Shown: positions 1-9,336 of the stretch, in pieces
Numbering within the stretch: the stretch's first letter is position 1
How the letters are laid out: each line of letters starts with the position of its first letter
NCBI GenBank assembly: GCA_001785445.1
Contig: MFTV01000010.1
Span: 101,566 to 165,565, forward strand
DNA from: Candidatus Nomurabacteria bacterium RIFCSPHIGHO2_02_40_30
Lineage (GTDB): Bacteria > Patescibacteriota > Minisyncoccia > Phycocordibacterales > UBA9973
Direction: 5' to 3'
DNA: 64,000 bases
Made by a program: the position numbers and the translations under genes
The notes under the pieces: generated by a model
The model's database searches: none
Told to the model about the DNA's origin: nothing
The model's input: the letters and a program-made list of their open reading frames with translations, nothing else

Positions 1-444
1 CCAGTAACTGCCAAAAGCCAAGCCCTAAAAGACTTGATTAAGAATAACTGCAAAAATATAAATGTCTTGAATGTCGGATGTTCACATCTCGAAAATCTTG
101 TAGAACAAGGCATATTGAATGGCGATTATGTAAACAATCTTCTTTTGAAATATTTGGAGGGAATTAAAGATTCTGATGCTGATTGTCTAGTTTTAGGTTG
201 TACGCATTATCCTTTTCTTAAAAAATCTATTGGAAAAATTCTCGGCTCACGGATTCAAATTGTAGATAGCGGGGAAGCTGTTGCCAAGCAAACACGATCC
301 TTGCTTCTTACTAATAAGATGAAAAAAAATCCCAGAAGTAGGGGAGCAAATCTTTATTTTACTACCGGCGATTCAGCCCAATTTTCAAAAGTTGCCTCCA
401 AGTTGTTAAAAAAGAAAGTGAAAGCTAAAAAAGTAAAGATTTAA
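1..444 (+). CDS. murI: Glutamate racemase MurI, C-terminal part. The gene starts upstream of the window; the ORF track's TTG at 34 is internal.
   Basis: Carries the conserved 'LVLGCTHYPFL' MurI active-site motif. The reading frame is open from position 1. Confidence 0.75.
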   Translation, partial: PVTAKSQALKDLIKNNCKNINVLNVGCSHLENLVEQGILNGDYVNNLLLKYLEGIKDSDADCLVLGCTHYPFLKKSIGKILGSRIQIVDSGEAVAKQTRSLLLTNKMKKNPRSRGANLYFTTGDSAQFSKVASKLLKKKVKAKKVKI

Positions 445-485
445 CTCCAGTTGCTTTTTTGGACTTTTTCATATAACATACACTC

Positions 486-644
486 ATGTCACAAGATAGA
501 CTTATAAAGCTAGCCTGCGGGACTTGCAAGCGCATTAATTACTGGTCCAGCAAGAATAAGAAACTGGTAACCGAAAAAATCGAGCTCAAAAAATACTGCA
601 AATGGTGTCGCAAGCAGACCAAGCATAAGGAGGCTAAGAAATAG
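486..644 (+). CDS. rpmG: 50S ribosomal protein L33
   Basis: 52-aa product MSQDRLIKLACGTCKRINYWSSKNKKLVTEKIELKKYCKWCRKQTKHKEAKK with two CxxC pairs typical of L33. ATG at 486, TAG at 642-644. Missed by the ORF track because it is under 60 aa. Confidence 0.85.
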   Translation: MSQDRLIKLACGTCKRINYWSSKNKKLVTEKIELKKYCKWCRKQTKHKEAKK

Positions 645-672
645 ATTTTCTCTCTATTTCTGTTATACTAAA

Positions 673-698
673 GGCGACCTTAAATAGGTCGTTTTTTG
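673..698 (+). terminator. Rho-independent terminator after rpmG
   Basis: Stem cgacct/aggtcg (675-680 / 686-691) followed by TTTTTTGTT. Confidence 0.5.
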
Positions 699-712
699 TT
701 CAATTAGTATTT

Positions 713-785
713 GGGCGATTAGTTAAGTGGCATAACTTCGGTCTCCAAAACCGATGTCGGGAGTTCGATTCTCTCATCGCCCGCC
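713..785 (+). tRNA. trnW: tRNA-Trp (anticodon CCA)
   Basis: Cloverleaf with acceptor GGGCGAT/ATCGCCC, anticodon stem tcggt/accga, loop ctCCAaa, T-loop GGTTCGATTC. The rpmG-tRNA-Trp adjacency is a classic arrangement. Confidence 0.85.
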
Positions 786-846
786 TTATATTTATGAACA
801 CTTTTAAAAATTATACATATAATGCATTTGGACAGCGATAAAAGTT

Positions 847-3090
847 ATGAAATATATTTTTGCCATTATTGGTAGTGTGGTTGTAGCTGTGAGCTTAGTC
901 GCCCTTGGATTTAATATCAGACAAGTGGATCAAGAAAGAGCTACTTTAACGACCAACTTAGAACAACGAGCTTCTTTGCTTGCCGACAGTTTAAAAGAAT
1001 CTGTTGAGCCTTATTATGCTAATTCTATCCAATCCTCTTTCCAAGCTTCCCTTCAAAAGGTGGTCAATAAATTTGCAAATCGTGAACGCTTAGCTGGCAT
1101 AGCTCTTTATGATAATAAAGGAATACTATTAGCTACTTCTTCAGGACTACCAAAAGCCATAATTGAAAATACAAAAATTGTAGCCGAGGCCATGGACAGC
1201 AACACATCAAATAATGATTTTTTTGATACTGAAGGAGAGGACCGTTACGTGCATGTTGACCCTCTGCACAATGATGAAAGTATAGTTGGGGCACTCATGG
1301 TGGTTCAAAACGCCGGATATATAAATGCAAGAATTGGAGAAATATGGAGAGGAAATTTATTGAGATTACTGATCCAAGTAATAATATTTTCAATAACCAT
1401 TTTCATAATTTTGAGATTTTTTGTTTTTCGTCAAGTTATTCGCTTTGTAGAATCCGTGAAAAAAATTAGAATGGGCGAAGGTAAGGAAAGTTTCAAAGAT
1501 GAAGGTAAATATTCCTTTTTTACCCCGCTTGCAAAAGAAATTACTCATATTACAAAAAGTTTATCACAGGCGCGTTTGTCGGCTCAAGAGGAAGCCCGAA
1601 TGCGTCTGGAAAAACTTGATAGCCCATGGACATCTGAACGTCTTTCGGAATTCATAAAAGCCACTTTAAAAGAGAGACCTATTTTTGTGGTATCTAATCG
1701 TGAACCCTATGAACATTATACTAACTCAAAAGGTGAAGTAAGTTATCGAGTTCCTGCTGGCGGAATTGTCACCGCTATTGAACCAGTGATGGTGGCTTGC
1801 AAAGGTACTTGGATTGCTTGGGGCAGTGGAAATGCAGACAAGACAGTTGTTGATAAAGATAATAAAATTAAAGTTCCTCCCCATGAACCAAAATACACTC
1901 TAAAAAGGGTTTGGCTTTCAGACGAAGAAGTGACTGGTTACTATAATGGATTTTCCAATGAAGCAATGTATCCTCTTTGTCTGATGGCACATACTCGTCC
2001 ACTCTTTAGAAAAGAGAACTGGCAAGAGTACAAAAAAGTAAATGGCATATTTGCAAAAAATGTACTCGCAGAGATAAGAGATGTTCAAAATCCTCTTGTA
2101 TTAATTCAAGACTATCATTTAGCGCTTCTACCACAAATAATAAAGAAAAGTAGACCAGATGCTCAAATTGGAATATTCTGGCATGTGCCTTGGCCAAGTC
2201 CTGAAGCTTTTAGTGTTTGTCCGTGGCGTAAAGAAATATTACAAGGAATGCTGGGTGCTGATATTGTAGGTTTTCATATTCAACAGTTTTGTAATAATTT
2301 TATAAATACTGTCGGCAAGGAAATGGAATCTAGATGTGACCTTGAGCAATTTTCAGTAACATATCAAAATCATACCAGTCATATAAAATCATTTCCGATT
2401 GGTATTGCCTTTACTGGTGGAAATGATGATGTAACATTTGATCCGAATGTCAGTAAAAATCTTTTAGAAAAATTAGGAATACATACTAAACATATTGGCT
2501 TGGGAGTTGATCGTCTAGACTATACAAAAGGGCTTTTAGAAAGGTTTAAAGCCTTGGAATTTTTCTTTGACACCTATCCAACTTACAAAAATAATTTTAC
2601 TTTTTTACAAATAGCATCTCCGAGTAGGGAAAGTGTTCCTAAGTATAAGCAATTTAATGCAGATGTGACAAAAGAAGTTGAACGTATAAATACTAAGTTC
2701 AAAACAAAAAATTGGCAACCCATCGTTCTACTTAAAGAATATCATTCACACGAAGAACTGGATCCATTATTTAAGATTGCCAATGTATGTATGGTAACTT
2801 CACTACATGATGGCATGAACTTGGTAGCTAAGGAATATATCGCCGCCCGAGATAAAGAAGATGGCGTTTTGATTCTAAGTCAATTTGCTGGTGCTGTGCG
2901 AGATCTTAAGGGTGCTTTAATAATAAACCCATACAGCGCAGAAGAAACATCAGAAGCAATAAATACAGCTCTCAATATGGCATTACTAGAACAACAAAGA
3001 CGAATGAAGAAAATGCGTGAATCTATTAAAAATTATAATATTTATCGTTGGTCTGCAGAATTTATCAAAGCAGTTACGAGTCTAAGTTAA
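847..3090 (+). CDS. otsA: Membrane-anchored sensor-HAMP domain fused to alpha,alpha-trehalose-phosphate synthase (GT20, OtsA)
   Basis: N-terminal ~270 aa: TM helix (res 4-23), ~150-aa extracytoplasmic domain, second TM (res ~172-195), then a HAMP-like linker. C-terminal ~470 aa is OtsA, with motifs FVVSNREPYEH, GYYNGFSNEAMYPLCLMAHTRP, LVLIQDYHLALLP and IGIFWHVPWPSPE. Confidence 0.8.
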   Translation: MKYIFAIIGSVVVAVSLVALGFNIRQVDQERATLTTNLEQRASLLADSLKESVEPYYANSIQSSFQASLQKVVNKFANRERLAGIALYDNKGILLATSSGLPKAIIENTKIVAEAMDSNTSNNDFFDTEGEDRYVHVDPLHNDESIVGALMVVQNAGYINARIGEIWRGNLLRLLIQVIIFSITIFIILRFFVFRQVIRFVESVKKIRMGEGKESFKDEGKYSFFTPLAKEITHITKSLSQARLSAQEEARMRLEKLDSPWTSERLSEFIKATLKERPIFVVSNREPYEHYTNSKGEVSYRVPAGGIVTAIEPVMVACKGTWIAWGSGNADKTVVDKDNKIKVPPHEPKYTLKRVWLSDEEVTGYYNGFSNEAMYPLCLMAHTRPLFRKENWQEYKKVNGIFAKNVLAEIRDVQNPLVLIQDYHLALLPQIIKKSRPDAQIGIFWHVPWPSPEAFSVCPWRKEILQGMLGADIVGFHIQQFCNNFINTVGKEMESRCDLEQFSVTYQNHTSHIKSFPIGIAFTGGNDDVTFDPNVSKNLLEKLGIHTKHIGLGVDRLDYTKGLLERFKALEFFFDTYPTYKNNFTFLQIASPSRESVPKYKQFNADVTKEVERINTKFKTKNWQPIVLLKEYHSHEELDPLFKIANVCMVTSLHDGMNLVAKEYIAARDKEDGVLILSQFAGAVRDLKGALIINPYSAEETSEAINTALNMALLEQQRRMKKMRESIKNYNIYRWSAEFIKAVTSLS

Positions 3091-3093
3091 AAT

Positions 3094-3858
3094 ATGAAAT
3101 ATGTTTTTAAAGATCTTGCAAATATCAAAAAGAAACTACAGGAATCAAATTTTGTCTTGTTGCTTGATTTTGATTTGACACTTTCTCCACTTGCCAAGAA
3201 TCCCGCCAAGGCAATTCTTCCTAACGATACAAGAATTTTATTAAAAAAACTTTCAAAATATATTCATATCGCAGTTATTACTGGCAGGACCATAAAAGAT
3301 ATAAAAAAAAGAATTAAGCTCAACAGCTTAACATACGTAGGTAATCACGGATTGGAATATGAAGTCGGGGGTGTTGCTAGAAGCAGTCAATTATTAGTTG
3401 AATCTAAAAAAGGATTAAAAGATATAAAAAAGAAATTTTTAAATATAAAAAGAAAATATTCTGGTGTACTTATCGAAGACAAGAAACTTGGCCTCGCTTT
3501 ACATTATCGACTACTTTTGTCCCAAGATAAGTTTGCGTTTATGGCGGATATTAAAAAAATCCAAACAGAAATAAAAAATTATGGTCTTCGTGGAATCCTT
3601 TATAAAAGAACCCTAGAGGTAAGACCGGAGACAAAAGAAGACAAAGGCACAGCTTCGCTGCTCATACTTAAAAAATTTGGCAATCCTAAACAAGTAATTT
3701 ATATAGGAGACGGCAAAACAGACGAAGATGCGTTTCGCGCGTTACCTAAAGGTATAACTATCAGGGTAGGAAAATCCAAACATAGTGTTGCTGAATATTA
3801 TGTAAATAGTACGAAAGAAGTAAAAAAATTTCTCGTTTGGCTATTATATATAGTATAA
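3094..3858 (+). CDS. otsB: Trehalose-6-phosphate phosphatase (HAD-IIB, OtsB)
   Basis: HAD motif I 'LLLDFDLTLSP' and C-terminal 'GDGKTDEDAF'. Sits 4 bp after otsA, so they form an operon. Confidence 0.8.
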   Translation: MKYVFKDLANIKKKLQESNFVLLLDFDLTLSPLAKNPAKAILPNDTRILLKKLSKYIHIAVITGRTIKDIKKRIKLNSLTYVGNHGLEYEVGGVARSSQLLVESKKGLKDIKKKFLNIKRKYSGVLIEDKKLGLALHYRLLLSQDKFAFMADIKKIQTEIKNYGLRGILYKRTLEVRPETKEDKGTASLLILKKFGNPKQVIYIGDGKTDEDAFRALPKGITIRVGKSKHSVAEYYVNSTKEVKKFLVWLLYIV

Positions 3859-3877
3859 AATGTTATAATTCCTATAA

Positions 3878-4150
3878 ATGGAAGAAAGAATTCAAAATTT
3901 AGAAAAAGAAGTTGAATTACTCAAAGAGAGAAATTTAAGAGTGGAGAGTGAAAAGGCTTGGGAAGTAAGCTTAACCAGACGATTATTTATTGCAATTAGC
4001 ACATATATCATTGCTGGTGTTTGGCTTATCGTAATTAATGACAGCTTTCCTTGGCTCAAAGCATTTGTGCCGGCAGTAGGCTATTTGTTTTCTACTCTTT
4101 CTTTGCCCTTTATCAAAAAATGGTGGATTAAAAATCAAAGTAAAAGATAG
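3878..4150 (+). CDS. Hypothetical small membrane protein (N-terminal coiled coil plus two TM helices)
   Basis: ATG at 3878; hydrophobic segments. No recognisable family. Confidence 0.35.
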   Translation: MEERIQNLEKEVELLKERNLRVESEKAWEVSLTRRLFIAISTYIIAGVWLIVINDSFPWLKAFVPAVGYLFSTLSLPFIKKWWIKNQSKR

Positions 4151-4154
4151 TTTC

Positions 4155-4493
4155 CTACTCTCCTTTAAAAGACTGCAGGACAGCGCTTACGACGGCAAGC
4201 ACAATGCCGAAGAGGAATGCTGACAAAAAGCCATCTACTGCAAATCCTGGCACTACGTAGGCTGCAAGCATTATCAAGATGCCATTTATGACTAAGACAA
4301 AAAGTCCAAGCGTCAGAACAGTAAGAGGTAAAGTGAACATTATCAGTATTGGACGCAAGAAAACATTAATAACTCCTAGCACCACAGCTACGATCAATGC
4401 TGACAAAAAGCCATCGACATGCACTCCGGGCAAAACATATGCACTTATTAATATTGCGAGAGCCGACACAACCCAATGTATAATTGTTTTCAT
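4155..4493 (-). CDS. DUF360 / phage-holin-4-like 4-TM membrane protein
   Basis: Internal duplication 'AYVLPGVHVDGFLSALIVAVVLGVIN' / 'AYVVPGFAVDGFLSAFLFGIVLAVVS'. Overlaps the miaA stop by 4 nt (same operon). Confidence 0.55.
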   Translation of the reverse strand: MKTIIHWVVSALAILISAYVLPGVHVDGFLSALIVAVVLGVINVFLRPILIMFTLPLTVLTLGLFVLVINGILIMLAAYVVPGFAVDGFLSAFLFGIVLAVVSAVLQSFKGE

Positions 4494-5368
4494 AATACGT
4501 TTATTATAACATATGTTTTTAATTTGGAAGCATCAAACCATGTAATTTCTTTATCTCTTTTAAACCATGTCTTCTGGCGTTTGGCGTATTTGTGAATTTC
4601 TGAATTTAATTTTTCTAGCATCTCCTTTTTATTAATTTTATTTTGTAAATACAAAGCCATGAATCTGTACTCCAATCCCAATTCCTCCATTCTTTTCCAA
4701 GACAGCCCTTGCTTATGAAGTTTTTTTGCTTCATTTAACATACCCATTTTGATTCTTGTCAGCAGTCTTTTTTCTATTTTATTCTTTAACTTAGCTGTGG
4801 GCAAATATAAGCCAATCTTTATAAAGTTAAACGGAAGCCTTGCTTCCGTTTCTTTTGGTACTTTGCCTAGAGCCTTGGCTATCTCTACGGCTCTAATTAG
4901 CCTGACTTTGTTTTTGGCATCTATAGTTTTCGCTCTTTGCGGATCTAATTTCTTCAATGTTAGAAACAATGTTATCGCAGATTTTGTAACAAGTTGCTTT
5001 CGTAGTTTAATATTTGGCGGAACTTCTGGGAAAATAATGCCCTTGGTAACAGCATCTATATAAAACCCTGTACCACCGCAAATTATCGGAGTCTTGCCTC
5101 TTTTTACAATATCAGCCATGGCTGATATTGCCAGTTTTTGATACTTCACAACAGTGAATTTTATTTTTGGATTTGCTACATCAAGTAGGTGATGTGGGAC
5201 CCCCTCCATTTCTTTTTTGGTGATTTTACCGCTACCTATATTAAGATTTTTATAAACCTGCCTAGAATCAGCAGAAATTATTTCACCGTTTATTTTTTTA
5301 GCAATTTTTACTGCTAGATCGCTTTTGCCTGCAGCAGTTTGCCCTAGAATTACAATAACTTTTTGCAT
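4490..5368 (-). CDS. miaA: tRNA dimethylallyltransferase
   Basis: P-loop 'ILGQTAAGKSDLA' and 'SADSRQVYK' motifs. ATG confirmed at 5366-5368 (minus strand). Confidence 0.85.
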   Translation of the reverse strand: MQKVIVILGQTAAGKSDLAVKIAKKINGEIISADSRQVYKNLNIGSGKITKKEMEGVPHHLLDVANPKIKFTVVKYQKLAISAMADIVKRGKTPIICGGTGFYIDAVTKGIIFPEVPPNIKLRKQLVTKSAITLFLTLKKLDPQRAKTIDAKNKVRLIRAVEIAKALGKVPKETEARLPFNFIKIGLYLPTAKLKNKIEKRLLTRIKMGMLNEAKKLHKQGLSWKRMEELGLEYRFMALYLQNKINKKEMLEKLNSEIHKYAKRQKTWFKRDKEITWFDASKLKTYVIINVL

Positions 5369-6697
5369 CTAAATTCTTTTGATGTCGGCGCCTAGAGCAT
5401 TTAGTTTTTCGACTATGTTTTCATATCCTCGGTCAATGTGATTTGCAGGATCGTTTATAATACTTTTCCCCGGAGCCACCAAACTAGCAAGCAACATATC
5501 TATGCCCGCACGAACATCGTGAGAATTCAATTGACTTGCTTTAAACTTCGTAGGCCCATGTACTTTGGCGCCATAAGTTTCTTTCTTACTGTATTCAGAA
5601 TTATTGAAATTATAATATTTCGCCCCATATCCTTTTGGATGAAAAAGTTCATATCTTAACCCCATTTTTTTTAATTCTCCCAAATATCTCCACCTAGTTT
5701 CAAAAATTCTTTCATGGATAGTTGATTTACCTTTGGCCATATGAGCAAGTAGCAATGTCATGATTGGTTGCCAATCTGTCATGAAGCCTGGATACCAGTC
5801 AGTCACGATTTCTAAGGTTTTTAGTGGTTTGTGGATTTTTTTTATTTTCGCAACATTATTTTTAAAATCAATATCTACGCCTATTTTCTTTAAATCCCCA
5901 ATTAACGGCTCCAACAATTTTTTGTTTGCGTTTTTAACTGCAACTTTTCCACCAGTCATAATAGAAAGAATAATAGCGGTAGCCGCTTCCAAGCGATCAT
6001 AAATTGAAAAAGTTTTAGTTCCACGAAGAAAAGGTTTTACTCCAGTTATTTCTATTACTCTGGGCTCAATTCTTTTTATTTTAGCCCCCATGTCATTCAA
6101 ACATTTTATTAAATTATCAACTTCTGGTTCTGCCGCTGCGTTTTTAAGGACAACTTTTCCTCTGTTGAAAACTGAAGCCAAAATTAAATTTTCTGTTCCG
6201 CAATGAGTATTTTTTTCAAAAGTATAAGTGACGGATTTAGGTCTAGTTGGCATTGAAATTTCCATCACATTATTTTTTTCTTTTTTTATCACCCCCCCAA
6301 GAGCTTTAATACCTTGCAAATGTCTATTGATTGGTCTTTTGCCGATAGCGTCCCCTCTGATTGGATGAAAAGTTACTTTGCCTGTTCTAGCAAGTGTGGC
6401 GCCGATAAAAAGTACAGATTGTCGAGCGGACATTGATTCAAGGGGTATTTCAGAAGAATTGATATATTTGCTTTCAACTTCGATTGAATTTTTACCCGTA
6501 AATCTTACTTTGCATCCAAGTGAAGTGAGTGTATCGATAGTTCTGTAAGTGTCAGAAATTCTTGGAATATTATAAAAAAAACACTTTTCTTTACTAAGAA
6601 GAGCGGCAATTGGAAGTTTCGGACCCGCATTTTTTGCCCCAGAAACAACATAAGTTCCTTTTAATTTTTTTCCACCCCATACAATAAATTGACTCAT
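5369..6697 (-). CDS. murA: UDP-N-acetylglucosamine 1-carboxyvinyltransferase
   Basis: MurA-like sequence starting MSQFIVWGGKKLKGTYVVSGAKNA. The ATG at 6695-6697 is used because the longer ORF-track start (6820) runs through the tRNA-Leu gene. Confidence 0.85.
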   Translation of the reverse strand: MSQFIVWGGKKLKGTYVVSGAKNAGPKLPIAALLSKEKCFFYNIPRISDTYRTIDTLTSLGCKVRFTGKNSIEVESKYINSSEIPLESMSARQSVLFIGATLARTGKVTFHPIRGDAIGKRPINRHLQGIKALGGVIKKEKNNVMEISMPTRPKSVTYTFEKNTHCGTENLILASVFNRGKVVLKNAAAEPEVDNLIKCLNDMGAKIKRIEPRVIEITGVKPFLRGTKTFSIYDRLEAATAIILSIMTGGKVAVKNANKKLLEPLIGDLKKIGVDIDFKNNVAKIKKIHKPLKTLEIVTDWYPGFMTDWQPIMTLLLAHMAKGKSTIHERIFETRWRYLGELKKMGLRYELFHPKGYGAKYYNFNNSEYSKKETYGAKVHGPTKFKASQLNSHDVRAGIDMLLASLVAPGKSIINDPANHIDRGYENIVEKLNALGADIKRI

Positions 6698-6699
6698 AG

Positions 6700-6781
6700 T
6701 GCCGGAGGGGAGAGTCGAACTCCCACGTCTTGCGACACGCGATTTTGAGTCGCGCATGACTACCAATTCCATCACTCCGGC
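6700..6781 (-). tRNA. trnL: tRNA-Leu (anticodon CAA), long variable arm
   Basis: Minus-strand reading GCCGGAGTGATGGAATTGGTAGTCATGCGCGACTCAAAATCGCGTGTCGCAAGACGTGGGAGTTCGACTCTCCCCTCCGGCA. Anticodon stem cgcga/tcgcg, loop ctCAAaa, T-loop GGTTCGA equivalent. Confidence 0.8.
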
Positions 6782-6856
6782 GAATCCACACATTCTACAC
6801 AAACTTATACCTAAAATCAATTTCTAAAATAATTTTTATTATGCTAAAATTACCTC

Positions 6857-7837
6857 ATGTCCAATTTGCATTCAAATTCAATTTTCTGGATTGATACCGA
6901 TAAAATAAAACCAAACCCTTACCAGCCAAGGCGGGACTTTGATGAAGCAACCTTGCGAGACTTGGCTGACTCTATAAAACAATACGGAGTTCTTCAACCA
7001 CTCATAGTTTCTCGCAGCGAAGTCGAAAAAGATGGCGGAGGACTGCAGACCCTGTATGAACTTATTGCGGGAGAAAGAAGACTGCGAGCCGCGAAACTTG
7101 CCGGTGTTTCGCAAATACCGGTTATCATCCGAGAAGGCGATACTGCTTTAATGAAGCTGGAATTGGCAATTATTGAAAACTTACAAAGAGAAGATCTCAA
7201 TGTAGTCGACCGCGCCCGCGCCTTTTTTCGCTTGGTTAGTGAATTTAAGTTTACCCACAACGAAGTTGCCAAGAAAATGGGCCGAAGCAGGGAATATGTT
7301 TCTAACACCCTTAGAATTTTAACCTTACCAGAAGAAATTATAAATGGTCTTTCTGAAGGAAAAATTACTGAAGGACATACAAGGCCAATACTGATGCTCG
7401 CAGACCATCCGCAGGAGCAATTGGTGCTTTTCAAAGAAATTGTCTACAAGAAAATCACGGTGCGCGAAGCAGAGAGACTTGCCAGGAAAATAGCTTTTGA
7501 CCGTGTGCGCAAGAAAGAATTTATGCCTGACCCTGAAATAACCGAACTTGAAGAAGAATTTCAAGAAAAGCTGGGAACTCGAGTGCATATAGACAGGAAA
7601 GAACTAGGCGGTCAGATTAAAATAGATTTTTTCTCTACCAACGACTTGCGAGAAATTTTAGATTTGATACAAAAATCAAATACAGAGAAGAGACCTGAAG
7701 CAATGATGGAAAACCATATTGCCAAAAGTGAAGTAAAAATAGAAAACCAAGAAAAAGCACCTATTGACGACAGAAGTAAAGAAGAGAAAACACAAGATGA
7801 GGCTGACCTTTATAATATTTCTAACTTTAGTGTTTAA
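6857..7837 (+). CDS. parB: ParB/Spo0J-family chromosome partitioning protein with an acidic C-terminal tail
   Basis: ParB box 'LIAGERRLRAAKLAG' and C-terminal dimerisation pattern 'KLGTRVHIDRKELGGQIKIDFFSTNDLREILDLI'. Extended -10 'TGCTAAAAT' upstream. No parA adjacent. Confidence 0.8.
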   Translation: MSNLHSNSIFWIDTDKIKPNPYQPRRDFDEATLRDLADSIKQYGVLQPLIVSRSEVEKDGGGLQTLYELIAGERRLRAAKLAGVSQIPVIIREGDTALMKLELAIIENLQREDLNVVDRARAFFRLVSEFKFTHNEVAKKMGRSREYVSNTLRILTLPEEIINGLSEGKITEGHTRPILMLADHPQEQLVLFKEIVYKKITVREAERLARKIAFDRVRKKEFMPDPEITELEEEFQEKLGTRVHIDRKELGGQIKIDFFSTNDLREILDLIQKSNTEKRPEAMMENHIAKSEVKIENQEKAPIDDRSKEEKTQDEADLYNISNFSV

Positions 7838-7843
7838 ATATTT

Positions 7844-9319
7844 TTAGGATGTGTTACGGCCAAGGGATTTTAGTCTAGTCAGCAAACTGTTTTTCTCCAA
7901 ATAAGACCTTATATGCTTTTTGGCAATTGTTGTTTTGGCGTATTCCAGCCATTTACTGGAAGGGTGCGCATCTTTTTTCGTAACTATCTCTACAATATCT
8001 CTATTTTTTAGTTTTGAAGAAATAAGGGACATTTTGCCATTTATCTTAACTCCGGAAATATGATTGCCGATATCAGAATGGACAGAGTAAGCGAAATCAA
8101 CCGGACTTGAATCTTCCGGCAAATCTATGACATCTCCTCTCGGCGTAAAAATAAAGATACGATCGTTGAAAAAATCCATCTTTAGATGTTCTAGAAATTT
8201 TTTCGGTTCATCCAAAGTAGAGTTGAAATTTTTTAATTCCTCGATCCATTTAAATTGAGATTTGTCATTCACAGCTTTCTTATAGAGACTTTCTTTGTAG
8301 GCAAAGTGCGCCGCGATACCATAAGCCGCCTCGGCATGCATTTCTTTCGTCCTTATTTGGATTTCTACGATTCCGCCTGAACCAGTGAAAATGGTGGTGT
8401 GAATGGAACGATAGCCGTTTGGCTTTGGTAAGGCTATGTAGTCTTTGATTCTGCTTGGGAGCGGAGTCCAGAGAGCATGGATTATACCCAGCACCCTATA
8501 ACATTCCTCAATATTTTCTACCACAACACGCAATGCCACAATGTCGTAGATCTTTTCTATGTCCATATTATATTTTAGGAGTTTTTTATATAAACTATAT
8601 TTGTGTTTTATGCGGTAACTGATTTCATCAACTTTAATTTTGTTTTTCTTGAGCTCTTTCTCAAGCTGTTCTTTTACTTCTTCCAGATATTTATGGTACT
8701 TTTCTTTTTTTTCTTTTATAATTTCTTCCACTTGAGCATATTCTTTTGGATAAGCATAAGGGAAAGCTTCATCTTCGAGTTCACCTTTTAATTTACCCAT
8801 TCCCAAGCGGTTGGCTAGTGGTGCGTATACTTCTATGCTCTCAACAGCAATTCTCTTCCTTTTGTCTTCACGTAAAAATGATAGCGTTCTTAAGTTGTGG
8901 AGCCTGTCGGCAAACTTTATTATAACCACGCGTAAATCGCTTGCCATAGCAACAAAGAACTTTCTCAAACTTTCTACATGCCTTTCGTGCCCGCGATATT
9001 TTAAAGTGCCCAATTTGGTAACGCCATTTATCAAAAAGACAATATCTTTACCAAATTCTTTTTCCAATTCCTCTTCTTTGGTTTTTGTGTCTTCTAGCAC
9101 ATCATGCAAGAGTCCAGCTACTATAGTAATAGTATCCATGCCTAATTTAGCCAAGATTTTTGTAGTTTCAAAAACATGAGTAAAGTATGGGTCTCCAGAG
9201 AGTCTTTTTTGCCCAGAATGGGCATTTAAAGCTATATCATAGGCTTTATTTATGAGTTCTTCCTCTTTTTTGCTCAACCCACCCAACATAAGATCTTTTA
9301 TTTCTTTGACGCTTGCCAT
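7844..9319 (-). CDS. relA: Bifunctional (p)ppGpp synthetase/hydrolase (RelA/SpoT homolog) with HD, synthetase and TGS domains; no ACT domain
   Basis: HD motif 'LLHDVLEDT', synthetase motif 'RIKDYIALPKPNGYRSIHTTIF', TGS-like C-terminus. Confidence 0.85.
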   Translation of the reverse strand: MASVKEIKDLMLGGLSKKEEELINKAYDIALNAHSGQKRLSGDPYFTHVFETTKILAKLGMDTITIVAGLLHDVLEDTKTKEEELEKEFGKDIVFLINGVTKLGTLKYRGHERHVESLRKFFVAMASDLRVVIIKFADRLHNLRTLSFLREDKRKRIAVESIEVYAPLANRLGMGKLKGELEDEAFPYAYPKEYAQVEEIIKEKKEKYHKYLEEVKEQLEKELKKNKIKVDEISYRIKHKYSLYKKLLKYNMDIEKIYDIVALRVVVENIEECYRVLGIIHALWTPLPSRIKDYIALPKPNGYRSIHTTIFTGSGGIVEIQIRTKEMHAEAAYGIAAHFAYKESLYKKAVNDKSQFKWIEELKNFNSTLDEPKKFLEHLKMDFFNDRIFIFTPRGDVIDLPEDSSPVDFAYSVHSDIGNHISGVKINGKMSLISSKLKNRDIVEIVTKKDAHPSSKWLEYAKTTIAKKHIRSYLEKNSLLTRLKSLGRNTS

Positions 9320-9336
9320 AGAACAATTGTAGCATT

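Noticed and set aside
34-444. TTG start at 34 for the first ORF
   Set aside because: The ORF track translates TTG as M. The frame is open from position 1, and the product is only the C-terminal part of glutamate racemase, so the gene starts upstream of the window.
5369-6820. ORF-track version of murA extended to 6820
   Set aside because: The 5' extension runs through the minus-strand tRNA-Leu gene (6700-6781). The MurA-like sequence begins at MSQFIVWGG (ATG 6695-6697).
6994-7434. Antisense ORFs inside well-supported genes, e.g. 6994-7434(-), 12366-12971(+), 26707-27168(-), 31064-31675(-), 36103-36531(-), 50995-51555(+)
   Set aside because: These are shadow ORFs on the opposite strand of conserved housekeeping genes. 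They show low-complexity or odd composition, no motifs, and no RBS context.
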